From Escherichia coli O157 typing phage 13: DNA of 64,000 nucleotides. This document shows, piece after piece, positions 38,494-48,121 of this stretch (the first letter of the stretch is position 1; each line of letters begins with the position of its first letter). Location of the stretch: the sequence record KP869111. One strand, given 5' to 3'. The notes under the pieces are model-generated. The model saw nothing but the letters and a program-made list of their open reading frames with translations. It was not told where the DNA came from and did not search any database. Both the position numbers and the translations under genes were made by a program.

Positions 38494-38665
38494 ATCCACA
38501 TAGTACACCGTACAGAGGCTCATTTGAACTTTTAAATCGAATTGGCTTGTACGTAATAGTTCCTTCGGCTTTAGCTTTATCATAAGACTCTTTAAAACGT
38601 CTCATTCTTTCTGCTTTGCCTTTACGGATTTTATCGAAATTTTCAGAAGTCGGGATGTTCGTCAT
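38492..38665 (-). CDS. small protein (57 aa)
   Basis: Own translation MTNIPTSENFDKIRKGKAER...; stop immediately before the terminator hairpin; not in track. Confidence 0.35.
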   Translation of the reverse strand: MTNIPTSENFDKIRKGKAERMRRFKESYDKAKAEGTITYKPIRFKSSNEPLYGVLCG

Positions 38666-38704
38666 GCATAAGCACCTCTCAGAAAATGCCTAAATCAATT
38701 TCTC

Positions 38705-38926
38705 TCATCGTTTCCACCATTTCTTAACTTGAAATGAATCGGCCCACACGAGTTGTTTTGGGTCTGCCTTTACAATAGGCGGACAAATTTCTGTAATAGA
38801 ACCGTCGTGATATTCCTTTTCAGAAATTTTAACACAAAGAGGACCTCCCAATTTAAGGGTGAACCCTGCGTTCAGCTTCAGACGTTTAAACTTTGTTTGA
38901 ACTAGCGCCATTAATGATGTCCTCAA
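38705..38926 (-). CDS. hypothetical small protein
   Basis: 73-aa ORF; start uncertain. Confidence 0.35.
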   Translation of the reverse strand: MRTSLMALVQTKFKRLKLNAGFTLKLGGPLCVKISEKEYHDGSITEICPPIVKADPKQLVWADSFQVKKWWKR

Positions 38927-39209
38927 TAGCCTGACGAGTAGTAACCCACTGGATTTTAATTAACTTGTCATTGTATGGTTGTCGTAGAATATCCCGAGAT
39001 TTCTTAATAGCATATTCGTAAGCTTCGAAGTTGTTTTGAATTGCTGCTTCTTGAGCATGAGCATAAAGACGGTTTAGTTCAAAACGATTCTTTTTAAGAA
39101 TCTTTTCGGATTTTTTACGTGCTTCAGCTTCATTTTTCTTTTGGATTTCTTGTAGCATTTTAGCTACTGCATCTTCTGCTTCTTTATTTTCAATAATCTC
39201 GGTAGTCAT
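38886..39209 (-). CDS. hypothetical protein (Lys/Glu-rich helical)
   Basis: 107-aa ORF. Confidence 0.45.
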   Translation of the reverse strand: MTTEIIENKEAEDAVAKMLQEIQKKNEAEARKKSEKILKKNRFELNRLYAHAQEAAIQNNFEAYEYAIKKSRDILRQPYNDKLIKIQWVTTRQAIEDIINGASSNKV

Positions 39210-39210
39210 A

Positions 39211-39426
39211 TTATCTCATTAAATTAAAATAAAAACGTCCATCCTCTTCAATACAGAACTCATACTCAACTGGAGTCCCATTTATCGAAAATGACACGTC
39301 ATGTGGGTTCAAAGGGTCGATGTCAAAATTAATTTTAAATTCACGACCCAACAGTTTTACCAAATAAGGGATTGCTTCGTCAAAAGGTTCTTCTAAGTAG
39401 TTAGAGATGTCAATTGTCATCCTCAT
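39211..39426 (-). CDS. hypothetical small protein
   Basis: Track ORF trimmed to internal ATG just downstream of gene 55 stop. Confidence 0.4.
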   Translation of the reverse strand: MRMTIDISNYLEEPFDEAIPYLVKLLGREFKINFDIDPLNPHDVSFSINGTPVEYEFCIEEDGRFYFNLMR

Positions 39427-39967
39427 ATAAAAAATCCAAACTAGGCGAATCGCTAACAACTTCCTTCTTTTCAGCCCCAGGAGCTTTATAAGCGGATTCT
39501 TCATAATGCGTCATTTTATCGTAGATGTCTTGAATAAACGTTTCATCTACTAACGCTACCATATCATCGTCATGACTGTCGTAGACATTATGAACGAAGT
39601 AACTATATTTCTTTGCAACTTCCTTACGTTCTTTTTTGATACGTTGGACAAAAGCATTAAAACAAGCTCGAGTTATGTATGCATGTGGGTTATTGTACTT
39701 AGTTTCGTCGAAATTATGAAGTCCCTTAATAGAGGCTTCAATCCCATCTGCAATCATCTCCTGCTTCCAAGACTGGGTATATCCTGAAAAGTTGAAACGT
39801 TTGGACAGGCCTTCGGCGATAAGCATAATTGCTAAACCGATGGTATCATTCTGACGAATAATTTTGTTTGGGTCTTTATTATTTAAGAGCTCCTTTTTCC
39901 ACTCGATTATAGCGGCGAGAAGCTCTTTATTATTCACATAGTTATTTTTAGGTTTTTGTTCAGTCAT
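39410..39967 (-). CDS. 55: late-transcription sigma factor
   Basis: [17 protein letters not shown]...matches T4 gp55; track M1 is TTG; ATG preceded by AAGAGG. Confidence 0.85.
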   Translation of the reverse strand: MTEQKPKNNYVNNKELLAAIIEWKKELLNNKDPNKIIRQNDTIGLAIMLIAEGLSKRFNFSGYTQSWKQEMIADGIEASIKGLHNFDETKYNNPHAYITRACFNAFVQRIKKERKEVAKKYSYFVHNVYDSHDDDMVALVDETFIQDIYDKMTHYEESAYKAPGAEKKEVVSDSPSLDFLYEDDN

Positions 39968-40039
39968 AAGTACCTCTTGGCTCAATTCATAGGTCTATTA
40001 TATCATAATATTTAGAGACCTATCTTAAAGCACGAGATA

Positions 40040-40309
40040 CTATCGGAGCAAACAATAAGCCTGAAACACTTTTTCCATTAAACGTTTGAACTCATGGATA
40101 TCGATATAAAGCTCAGTAAGACCTGCATTATAAAGAAAATCTAAAAAGTTCTCATGTGTTTCGTTATAGTCGCCTTCGTTTAATTGAGATACATGAGTTT
40201 CCCAAAAACCAACACCTTTAACGAATGGAAAATACGTGACTTTCATGTATTCGTCAACATAAAATTCGCCCAGCTTTTCTTCAGTTATACTGATTCGAGT
40301 TAATTTCAT
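40040..40309 (-). CDS. hypothetical protein
   Basis: 89-aa ORF upstream of gene 55. Confidence 0.45.
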   Translation of the reverse strand: MKLTRISITEEKLGEFYVDEYMKVTYFPFVKGVGFWETHVSQLNEGDYNETHENFLDFLYNAGLTELYIDIHEFKRLMEKVFQAYCLLR

Positions 40310-40533
40310 TCTAGTTCCTTTGCTGCTTCAAGAGCAGCATCCAGCGAATCAAATTGGTCAACGAAATCAATATTCAACGCATCGTCAACCGTAGCATATA
40401 ACCACCATTGTTTGAATTCGTATTCAAGAATAAATCCAGGACCTTCAATCTGAGGAAGACCTAGGCTATTTGTACCAACTTCGTAACCAGCTAGACGCAG
40501 GTCATTAATCAAAGTTTCTGTTAATACGCTCAT
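40306..40533 (-). CDS. hypothetical acidic protein
   Basis: 75-aa ORF, ATGA coupling with downstream gene. Confidence 0.45.
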   Translation of the reverse strand: MSVLTETLINDLRLAGYEVGTNSLGLPQIEGPGFILEYEFKQWWLYATVDDALNIDFVDQFDSLDAALEAAKELE

Positions 40534-40862
40534 TTTGCCGCCTTAACAATTTTCAGGTCAACGAATTTTTTCTTACGTTGATTTTTCATACGACGGATAG
40601 TCTTTTCAGAGATTTCATGTTTCTGATAAGCTTTAGATTCAACACCAAATGCAGCAACGTCAAATTCAGAAAGAATATATTGTACTAGAATTTCACGAAT
40701 AGAATTACGTCCAATTTTCTGGTCGTGTTTTTGCATGATTTCATAAAGACGGAATTCCCACGCATCAAGAACTTGAGGAGTAACAATATTGCCAGATTCC
40801 AGAAGAGCAACAACTTTATCGAAAGCGAAAGAATTAACTACGTTTTTGATTTTAGTAGACAT
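40530..40862 (-). CDS. hypothetical protein
   Basis: Start at internal ATG (MSTKIKN) with GAGGAA SD. Confidence 0.45.
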   Translation of the reverse strand: MSTKIKNVVNSFAFDKVVALLESGNIVTPQVLDAWEFRLYEIMQKHDQKIGRNSIREILVQYILSEFDVAAFGVESKAYQKHEISEKTIRRMKNQRKKKFVDLKIVKAAK

Positions 40863-40928
40863 ATTATTTTCCTCGGTTATTTTATTATCCAACGAGGGCA
40901 TTATACTCTGCTCTCAAGAGTCTGTACA

Positions 40929-41168
40929 CTATTTTTTAAGCATGAAAAGCAAGTAATTTGTATCGCGTGGGCTGATATCGACACCCATATCAAAGATACC
41001 TTTATATATTGGGTATTTGTTTTCGGTTGTATCGAAGCTGAAACTATTTCCATCACAACTAACAGTAATAGCATCTGTTAAAATGTCATACTCAATCCTA
41101 ACAATTGAATCCCCAATTTTAACGTCGAGGTGTTTTTTGAATTTGATAAAATCTAATTCTTGGGCCAT
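40929..41168 (-). CDS. hypothetical small protein
   Basis: 79-aa ORF. Confidence 0.45.
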   Translation of the reverse strand: MAQELDFIKFKKHLDVKIGDSIVRIEYDILTDAITVSCDGNSFSFDTTENKYPIYKGIFDMGVDISPRDTNYLLFMLKK

Positions 41169-41231
41169 GATATTTTCCTCATTTTAAGACGATAGGAAGT
41201 CATGTTATTATCTTCCTATCGTTGTATATTA

Positions 41232-41444
41232 TTAACCGAACTTTTTAGCGCCTTTCCAGCCTTCGTACATAACTGCGCAAGTCAATAGCACGGCATGTTG
41301 GCATTCTTTGTATTTGTAAATCCAGAACCAGCGTAAAAAGTCTTCATCCTCAACACCGTTGAGTTTCATATTGGCAAAGAATTCGGCACGTTCTTCACGA
41401 AGTTGCCATGACACAATATTTTCAGGATTCATTTTGTGTTCCAC
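41232..41444 (-). CDS. hypothetical small protein
   Basis: 70-aa ORF. Confidence 0.4.
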   Translation of the reverse strand: MEHKMNPENIVSWQLREERAEFFANMKLNGVEDEDFLRWFWIYKYKECQHAVLLTCAVMYEGWKGAKKFG

Positions 41445-41570
41445 GCCCCATTTTCATCGATGAACTTAATCCAGTCATTTACAGACCATTTAGTTGTATC
41501 ACCCTTTGGATTAACATTTAAAGTATATAATCCCTGCTTAAAAAGCATTCGTTTGATATTCATAATTTCC

Positions 41571-41864
41571 TCAACTGTAACGATAACATTCGTTAGCTTT
41601 ACGTTTGGCTTCAGTATGAGAAGTATTATAATCATACTCTTCTTTACTGTAAACATCTTTTTTCAACTTACGAACTTCTTTGCGGAGTTGTCGATTCATT
41701 TCGTTCTTGACTTCAGAATCAACGCCTTTCATACGCTTCCATTTATCAGAGCGGAATATGTTTTCAACCATGTCTTTGTGGCTAACACCGTCAGGAGCTT
41801 TACGTTTACCAAAATAGTCATAATCGCGAACTTTCAAATCTTTACGACGATACGTTTTACCCAT
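41571..41864 (-). CDS. hypothetical basic protein
   Basis: Track ORF trimmed to MGKTYRRK to avoid overlap with upstream gene. Confidence 0.4.
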   Translation of the reverse strand: MGKTYRRKDLKVRDYDYFGKRKAPDGVSHKDMVENIFRSDKWKRMKGVDSEVKNEMNRQLRKEVRKLKKDVYSKEEYDYNTSHTEAKRKANECYRYS

Positions 41865-41871
41865 AAGTACC

Positions 41872-42120
41872 TCAGAGGTTGATTGATACAACGCGTTTGA
41901 TAAAATTCACTTCACTTACTGAAAGGTCTTTAAGACCGATTGATTCTAAACGCTGAGTAAGCGTCAACATCGGGATATAATCCCAATGAGTTTTATTTGC
42001 TTGATAAGTACGAACGCCATTAGCAATTTCAACATGCAAATCGGAAATGGTAACGAATACCGGACGTTCGTCATTAACTTTAAGGGTTAGAACAACTTTC
42101 TTTGAATCTAAACTAATCAT
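41872..42120 (-). CDS. hypothetical small protein
   Basis: 82-aa ORF. Confidence 0.45.
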   Translation of the reverse strand: MISLDSKKVVLTLKVNDERPVFVTISDLHVEIANGVRTYQANKTHWDYIPMLTLTQRLESIGLKDLSVSEVNFIKRVVSINL

Positions 42121-42338
42121 GACTTAATTTCCTTCGCAATTGAACAGAAGATACCACGGTCACAAAGCATTTCACCAATTTCTGGATATTTGATTGAACG
42201 GTACCAAACATCCAGGCTTGAAACTCTGGTTATCTGTACTGCATTACCGTTGACAGAATAGTACTGGTCAACCTTAATTTCTTTATCTTCAATTGTCATT
42301 TTATTTTCCTCTGTGGTAGATGGTGTTAATCTTAACAT
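42117..42338 (-). CDS. hypothetical small protein
   Basis: 73 aa; GTTTAC-N17-TAAGAT promoter and AGAGGAAAA SD upstream. Confidence 0.45.
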   Translation of the reverse strand: MLRLTPSTTEENKMTIEDKEIKVDQYYSVNGNAVQITRVSSLDVWYRSIKYPEIGEMLCDRGIFCSIAKEIKS

Positions 42339-42440
42339 ATCTATCGAGGATGTAAACTGGTTTTATGAAAATATTTTTGATTTGAGAGGGGCACAAGGAG
42401 ATAGTGAAGTGAAGATTCCAATGGATTATATTAGAAATGA

Positions 42441-42459
42441 GATAAAGAAGACCAGGCGG
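42441..42459 (-). terminator. hairpin GACCAGG-UGCCG-CCUGGUC followed by U-rich tract
   Basis: 7-bp stem downstream of the glutaredoxin-like gene stop. Confidence 0.4.
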
Positions 42460-42466
42460 CACCTGG

Positions 42467-42790
42467 TCAATCTTCTATGATATCAGAGTCGTATCCTAAT
42501 GAAATCAAGGACTTTTTAAACTCTGCAATATTCTTTTGTTTCTTATCATTTAAAAATATGACAGGATAACGAATATTAAGTGAAGTGAATCCTGCACGTT
42601 TAGCAAGAGATACGATTAAAGGTCGGTCATATTCAATCTTACCATTATTAGTGAGGACTTTATAAAATGTATAAGGAGCATTGAGCTCCTTTAAAAGTTT
42701 TGTAACAGTATAACATCCTGGACAACGTCCTACTTCTTCAGGGATGCCATAAATTTCAATCTTGTTCTTTAAGTTCGAGTTTTGTTCCAC
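42467..42790 (-). CDS. glutaredoxin/thioredoxin-like protein (CPGC active site), NrdH-like
   Basis: Track ORF N-terminus is hydrophobic read-through; proposed GTG start with AAGGA SD; CPGC motif. Confidence 0.45.
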   Translation of the reverse strand: MEQNSNLKNKIEIYGIPEEVGRCPGCYTVTKLLKELNAPYTFYKVLTNNGKIEYDRPLIVSLAKRAGFTSLNIRYPVIFLNDKKQKNIAEFKKSLISLGYDSDIIED

Positions 42791-43073
42791 GAGAAATAAT
42801 TCCTTGGTAAGCCCAATAAGGAGGATTAACAGAATCCTCGCCAGAGTTTTCTTCAGGAAAATAAACCTGGATAACAAATCCAGATGCATCAAAGGTAAAA
42901 TAAACCGTAGGCAGTTCACCTAACAATTCGGCACGAGCATTAATTTCTTCGAGATCTCGTTCACGTCCAGCCCAAAAACTAGGATTTAGATTACATTCGT
43001 AAAAATAATAGTCATTACCGAACATATCAAACCCCTTCCAACTCTCTACCACATACCGCTCAAAACTAATCAT
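42756..43073 (-). CDS. hypothetical protein
   Basis: 105-aa ORF overlapping the 3' neighbour by about 35 nt. Confidence 0.4.
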   Translation of the reverse strand: MISFERYVVESWKGFDMFGNDYYFYECNLNPSFWAGRERDLEEINARAELLGELPTVYFTFDASGFVIQVYFPEENSGEDSVNPPYWAYQGIISRGTKLELKEQD

Positions 43074-43075
43074 AA

Positions 43076-43291
43076 TTAAGCCTTTTTATCAAGAACAGAA
43101 TTCAGTTTATTAGTAATTTTGTCCAAACGTTCATTGAATTCGCTGGAGGATAAACCCTTTTCCGGAGAAATTAAACTAATCACGAAAAATACACCAGTAA
43201 AAGGAATAAGAAAAATAGCTCCAACTGCCATAAACAAAAAGAACGTTACAGTTGTAAGAAAATCAGCTAAACCTTTACGAAATTTATACAT
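43076..43291 (-). CDS. small membrane protein
   Basis: 71 aa with central hydrophobic helix pair. Confidence 0.4.
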   Translation of the reverse strand: MYKFRKGLADFLTTVTFFLFMAVGAIFLIPFTGVFFVISLISPEKGLSSSEFNERLDKITNKLNSVLDKKA

Positions 43292-43402
43292 ATTTACCCT
43301 TAATTAATTAACCAAGCATTGATAAGCAAACCATATTGCGAATAAAATTCTGGACCAAAATGAAAAATCATATCATTTATAGTATCCATAATGTAGTTCA
43401 AT

Positions 43403-43873
43403 TTAATCATGTTTCCACACCCCATTGGTATTCGACCAAAGTCGCTGATTATCTGATCCTCGCCACAGTTTTTTGGTCGGAAGATTTTTCTCATACTTCC
43501 CATCAATAATAACATCAACATATTTAAGCATTTCTAGTTGTTTAATATCTTCAAACTTATATCCTGTCCACAACCAAATGCTTTTATTGGGATAAATATT
43601 TTTTACTGTTTGAACAATGCAATGAACAACATCTCTATTATCAGGATAGAGAGGGTCGCCTCCGGTTATAGTCAATCCTTCTATATAATCATTATTCAAA
43701 CATTCAATTAATTGTTCTAGTGTCTCTCCAGTGAATGGAGCACCATTTCTAGCGTTCCATGTTGATTTATTATAACACCCTTCACATTTATGCAAACAAC
43801 CTGTAACGAAAAGAACGACCCTGCAACCAGGGCCATTCACAAAATCGCAAGGATAAAATCTATCATAATTCAT
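43403..43873 (-). CDS. nrdG: anaerobic ribonucleotide reductase activating protein (radical SAM)
   Basis: 156 aa; CLHKCEGC radical-SAM cluster motif; matches T4 NrdG. Confidence 0.85.
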   Translation of the reverse strand: MNYDRFYPCDFVNGPGCRVVLFVTGCLHKCEGCYNKSTWNARNGAPFTGETLEQLIECLNNDYIEGLTITGGDPLYPDNRDVVHCIVQTVKNIYPNKSIWLWTGYKFEDIKQLEMLKYVDVIIDGKYEKNLPTKKLWRGSDNQRLWSNTNGVWKHD

Positions 43874-45687
43874 TGGTGTTTAACCCTATGCATGATTTCT
43901 TTATTTTTACCGAGATTAAATCCGCGTTCGTTCGGATTTCCCAAATAACCGCATGTTCTTCTTATGGTGTTCATCTTTTTAGGATCAGTTTCTCCGCAAA
44001 CTGAACAAACAAATCCGTTTTCAGTAGGAGTCATTTCATGGGTACTTCCACATGTAAAACATTTATCTACTGGCATATTAACACCAAAATAATCTAAATG
44101 TTGTGCAGCATAATCCCAGACAGCCTCAAGTCCCTTTAAATTGTTTTTCATATCTGGAAGTTCAACATAAGAAATGTGACCACCTGTCGCAATGAAATGA
44201 TATGGCGCTTCACGAGAAATCTTTTCAAACGGAGTAATATTTTCTTCTACTGAAACATGGAAACTATTAGTGTACCAGCCTTTATCTGTAACATCTTTTA
44301 CACTTCCATATTTTTCTGTGTCTAGTTTACAGAAACGATAACAAAGGTTTTCAGCAGGTGTAGAATACAAGCTAAAAGCAAACCCAGTTCTTTCAGTCCA
44401 TTGTTTAAGAAGAGCATTCATTTTAGTTAAAATTTCTTGTCCAATATCACGTCCGACAAGAATATTCAATTCGTGGATACCAATGTATCCTAAAGACACT
44501 GAACTTCTACCGTTTTTAAATAACTCAATTATGTCGTCATCAGGTTTAAGACGAACCCCGAATGCACCTTCTTGGTAAAGAATAGGAGCAACAGTCGCTT
44601 TAACTCCTTTTAAGGAACTAATTCTACACATCAAGGCTTCAAAACACAGATCCATACGTTCATTGAATAATTCAACAAATTTCTGTTCATTGAACTGTGT
44701 TCCAATATAAGAATCTAATGCGATACGAGGAAGATTCAGTGTTACAACACCGAGATTATTACGTCCATCAAGAATTTCATTACCAGTCGAATCTTTCCAT
44801 ACGCTCAAGAAACTACGGCAACCCATTGGAGAAACTGGAACTGAAGAACCAGTAATAGCTTTATTATTCTTAGCTGAAATAATATCAGGATACATTCTTT
44901 TGCTTGCGCACTCTAGAGCAAGCTGCTTAATATCATAGTTCGGATCGTCTTTATAAAGATTAACACCTTCTTCAACGAACATAACAAGCTTAGGGAAAAT
45001 AGGAGTTATTCCATCACGACCAAGACCTTTAATGCGGTTTTTAAGAATTGCCTTCTGAATCATTCGTTCAGTCCAATCGGCCCCCGTACCAAATGTAATT
45101 GTTACAAAAGGTGTTTGTCCGTTTGAACTAAAGAGAGTATTTACTTCATATTCATAAGCTTGGAACGCGTCATAGACATCTTTTTCTGTTTTGGATTGAG
45201 CATAATTCAACGCATCAGCGATTTGCCATTTTTCCGCATCTTCAACATGTTTAGCGTATGTGCGTTTAACATAAGGAGAAAGAACTTTATCGACATTTGC
45301 AAATGTAGTTCCGCCATACTGATGTGAAGCAACTTGTGCAGTAATTTGTGCCATAATTGCAGTAGCAACACCAATCGATTTAGGCGTTTCAATTTGAGCA
45401 TTGCCTAATTTAAATCCGTTCTCAAGCATCCCCTTTAAATCGACTAAACAACAATTAGTAAACGGAAGAGCAGGAGAATAATCAATATCATGCATGTGGA
45501 TAATTCCACTTTCATGCGCATTCATAATAAAAGACGGGACCATATTTTTGGCAATGTGCTTAGACACAATACCAGCCATAAGGTCCCGTTGAGTTGGAAA
45601 AACACGAGAATCTTTATTAGCATTCTCGTTTAAAAGGTCTTTATTAGTTTTATGAATTAATCCTTCAATTTCTTTTTCAATTTTCAT
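43870..45687 (-). CDS. nrdD: anaerobic ribonucleoside-triphosphate reductase (glycyl radical enzyme), uninterrupted
   Basis: 605 aa; C-terminal RRTCGYLG glycyl radical motif and Cys zinc site; no intron. Confidence 0.9.
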   Translation of the reverse strand: MKIEKEIEGLIHKTNKDLLNENANKDSRVFPTQRDLMAGIVSKHIAKNMVPSFIMNAHESGIIHMHDIDYSPALPFTNCCLVDLKGMLENGFKLGNAQIETPKSIGVATAIMAQITAQVASHQYGGTTFANVDKVLSPYVKRTYAKHVEDAEKWQIADALNYAQSKTEKDVYDAFQAYEYEVNTLFSSNGQTPFVTITFGTGADWTERMIQKAILKNRIKGLGRDGITPIFPKLVMFVEEGVNLYKDDPNYDIKQLALECASKRMYPDIISAKNNKAITGSSVPVSPMGCRSFLSVWKDSTGNEILDGRNNLGVVTLNLPRIALDSYIGTQFNEQKFVELFNERMDLCFEALMCRISSLKGVKATVAPILYQEGAFGVRLKPDDDIIELFKNGRSSVSLGYIGIHELNILVGRDIGQEILTKMNALLKQWTERTGFAFSLYSTPAENLCYRFCKLDTEKYGSVKDVTDKGWYTNSFHVSVEENITPFEKISREAPYHFIATGGHISYVELPDMKNNLKGLEAVWDYAAQHLDYFGVNMPVDKCFTCGSTHEMTPTENGFVCSVCGETDPKKMNTIRRTCGYLGNPNERGFNLGKNKEIMHRVKHQ

Positions 45688-46157
45688 TTTAAACTCTTTC
45701 TAAGCTGCTTTTTGAATGAAGCTATTAATTGTGTTTTAGTATCAGATTCATTATATTCAAATCCTCTTTGAAGCATCTCAGTCATCATTTCCTCTTTACC
45801 TAGTCTTGAGAACTCTTTAGTTTTGTCTGGAACAAAATTAGGATGGATATTATTATCAGAATAATCTTGTTTCAAATAAGCAAGAAGAGCTTCAAGCCAT
45901 TCGAGGTAATCAACGTTTTGACCTTTAAGACCAGAACGGTTGAACTTATGCTTCATTTGACCTTCTGCTGCATTGCACAGGTTACATAGTAAACCACGAA
46001 CCTTACCAGCTTTTGGCCCGTTTAATTCATGGTCGTGGTCAAGATGGTTACCTTGAACATCAGGGTCTAATTCACGGTGGCAAATAGGACACTTACCATT
46101 CTGTGCATCATAAAATTTTTGTTTTTCTTCTTTATATTTTGCGCCTGATAATAACAT
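45684..46157 (-). CDS. 49: endonuclease VII (Holliday junction resolvase)
   Basis: 157 aa; near-identical to T4 gp49 as recalled. Confidence 0.9.
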   Translation of the reverse strand: MLLSGAKYKEEKQKFYDAQNGKCPICHRELDPDVQGNHLDHDHELNGPKAGKVRGLLCNLCNAAEGQMKHKFNRSGLKGQNVDYLEWLEALLAYLKQDYSDNNIHPNFVPDKTKEFSRLGKEEMMTEMLQRGFEYNESDTKTQLIASFKKQLRKSLK

Positions 46158-46186
46158 GATAAACCCTTACCTTAAATAGATAAGGG

Positions 46187-46194
46187 TATTTATA
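46187..46194 (-). promoter_or_regulatory. T4-type late promoter TATAAATA upstream of gene 49, adjacent to hairpin that includes the gene 49 SD
   Basis: exact TATAAATA on minus strand; hairpin CCCTTA...TAAGGG at 46163-46187. Confidence 0.5.
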
Positions 46195-46196
46195 AT

Positions 46197-46289
46197 TTAG
46201 TAAACGTTATAAAAGTCTCGATGGAAACGCTTATACTGACGAATCATTCTTTTAGTAGGACGAGTTTCTGAAATAATTGAAGTCCTCAT
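46197..46289 (-). CDS. small basic peptide (30 aa) with RPTKR...KR.HR.FY motif
   Basis: Own translation MRTSIISETRPTKRMIRQYKRFHRDFYNVY; weak SD; paralogous motif in 46800..46970. Confidence 0.3.
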   Translation of the reverse strand: MRTSIISETRPTKRMIRQYKRFHRDFYNVY

Positions 46290-46384
46290 ATTTGGATTGT
46301 TTGGGGCCCAATCATAATAAATTTCCAGGATTTTTGCCCATTTTTTCTTTCGCCATAAAATAGTTCAGTTTTCATAATAAGCCC

Positions 46385-46798
46385 TTAACTTAAACGTCTT
46401 TCTAAATATTCAATGTATTCCGCGGCGGCTTGCATCAGATTACCTTCATAACCGTCATTATTTTCTTGACCGGCTAATTTAGCTAAAGCATAAGAAATAC
46501 GTTCACCTTCGAATTCGCCAAGACCACCATCACAAACTACTTGGTCAATTTCTTCGAGTTCATCTATTGAATGGGATTCCCAGAAGCACCAAAGAGAAGT
46601 ATCACGGTCATAGATGCAAAGTTTCTCACCTGTGTTCAACATCACTTCGATAATGCCATGGTCGCCATAACCATCTTCGGTAGTAGTACCAATTACCTTG
46701 ATGATTGTTCCTTTCTTTAATTCAGGAAACTTGACTTGTAGTTCTTCATCTTCTTTAACAATCTTGAACCATTTACCGCGAGTTTCAGAAATATTCAT
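46385..46798 (-). CDS. hypothetical protein, Pin-like by synteny
   Basis: Track ORF 46385..46936 has hydrophobic read-through N-terminus; internal ATG MNISETRGKW chosen; position of T4 pin between 49 and nrdC. Confidence 0.4.
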   Translation of the reverse strand: MNISETRGKWFKIVKEDEELQVKFPELKKGTIIKVIGTTTEDGYGDHGIIEVMLNTGEKLCIYDRDTSLWCFWESHSIDELEEIDQVVCDGGLGEFEGERISYALAKLAGQENNDGYEGNLMQAAAEYIEYLERRLS

Positions 46799-46799
46799 A

Positions 46800-46970
46800 T
46801 CAATATTCTCTATAAAAGTTACGATGAGAACGTTTAGCTTTGCGAAGCTGACGTTTAGTAGGACGAACTGTAAATGGTTGTCCAGAGAAAAAATTCGGAT
46901 CGGTTTTAATAAGCAAATACCAATCATGTTTGCCATTTTTTAATAAACGGTACAATAATTTAACTTGCAT
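46800..46970 (-). CDS. small basic protein with RPTKRQLRKAKRSHRNFY motif
   Basis: Start at ATG (MQVKLLY) with GGGAAGAG SD and GTTTAC promoter upstream. Confidence 0.4.
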   Translation of the reverse strand: MQVKLLYRLLKNGKHDWYLLIKTDPNFFSGQPFTVRPTKRQLRKAKRSHRNFYREY

Positions 46971-47098
46971 AATAATCTCTTCCCATTTCCATATCAATTA
47001 ATTCATTTATTGAAGGTTCATCATAACACGTTTCTTCGTCGTTGTAAACTGTTTCGACGTCTGGCTCGACCGTCTCCCATCGAGCCGAATACCACGGT

Positions 47099-47455
47099 TT
47101 AACCGCGGAGTTTATTGATCTCTTCATAATCAACCCAGGATTCTAGCCCAGATGGCAAATCAGATTCAATTTCCCAAAGAAGCTCTTCAATGGCTTGCAG
47201 GCGATTATATTCTTCAACGGTAATGGTAACCATTGGTGCAACCGGTTCTGCCTTTTTAACAATCATATCGTTCATCAGGATGTAAAGGTCATCACGAACG
47301 ACAGTGTCGTTCCAACCCCATGATTTGGCTTCATAAGCTAATGATGAAGGGAGCACATTTAAAACTTCAATAATAGTTGGAGCATCAGGACCAAGTTCAT
47401 TGGCACAAACTTCGTATACATCTTGGAAATCTTTAAGATTTAATGAATATGTCAT
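47099..47455 (-). CDS. hypothetical acidic protein
   Basis: 118-aa ORF. Confidence 0.5.
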   Translation of the reverse strand: MTYSLNLKDFQDVYEVCANELGPDAPTIIEVLNVLPSSLAYEAKSWGWNDTVVRDDLYILMNDMIVKKAEPVAPMVTITVEEYNRLQAIEELLWEIESDLPSGLESWVDYEEINKLRG

Positions 47456-47715
47456 TTAAAATATTCTCGTAGTTGGTCAAAGCCACCGATCGAAGTTCCA
47501 TCAGGAGCAAACACTTGAGGCATAGTCAATCCAACTTGTGATTCACGTCCAAGCTTAACCAGAAGCTCAGCAATTTTCTCATCATCAAAAACACCTTTTT
47601 CTGGCATAACGTTAATGAATTCGAATGGTTGTTTCTTAACAGTCAGCAATCGTTTCGCATTATCACAATAAATGCATTTATGAATAGTAGAGTCATACCC
47701 GTACACTTTAAACAT
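47452..47715 (-). CDS. nrdC: thioredoxin/glutaredoxin NrdC
   Basis: MFKVYGYDSTIHKCIYCDNAKRLL... matches T4 NrdC; CxxC active site. Confidence 0.8.
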   Translation of the reverse strand: MFKVYGYDSTIHKCIYCDNAKRLLTVKKQPFEFINVMPEKGVFDDEKIAELLVKLGRESQVGLTMPQVFAPDGTSIGGFDQLREYFK

Positions 47716-48121
47716 TATTTTTCCTTTCATCGATTAAATATGCAACGCCAAATACAATACATGTAATAAAACCTGTGATACAGATAGAAACCAACAACAC
47801 TGTACCAAAGAACCAAATCAGGTTATCTTTAGTAGTTTGTTTTATATCCATCTCACGAATTTCTATAGCTATAGTATCACCTTTATTCAGAAGCGTATAA
47901 AACGACGGTGATACATGCCTGTCAAAAACTCGTCCTTGCTCATCTTTATAGACTGCAATAAATTCTAATTTAGAATATTTTCCTGTAGATTGACCTGAGA
48001 TTAATTCCACTACCTCCACAGGAATTACTTTAGTTTCCATGTAAGTATTCTGACTGTTCCAAATGAATGGAATAATAGCAAAAACTAAAGCTGCGATAAA
48101 ACAACGAAGGCTATATCTCAT
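47708..48121 (-). CDS. membrane protein (N- and C-terminal TM helices)
   Basis: 137-aa ORF. Confidence 0.45.
   Translation of the reverse strand: MRYSLRCFIAALVFAIIPFIWNSQNTYMETKVIPVEVVELISGQSTGKYSKLEFIAVYKDEQGRVFDRHVSPSFYTLLNKGDTIAIEIREMDIKQTTKDNLIWFFGTVLLVSICITGFITCIVFGVAYLIDERKNNV

Noticed and set aside
39981-40034. MotA-dependent middle promoter upstream of gene 55
   Set aside because: A TGCTTTA box is present but lies about 23 nt from the TATAAT element, longer than the 11-13 nt spacing expected; the inverted repeat there resembles the early-promoter hairpins instead.
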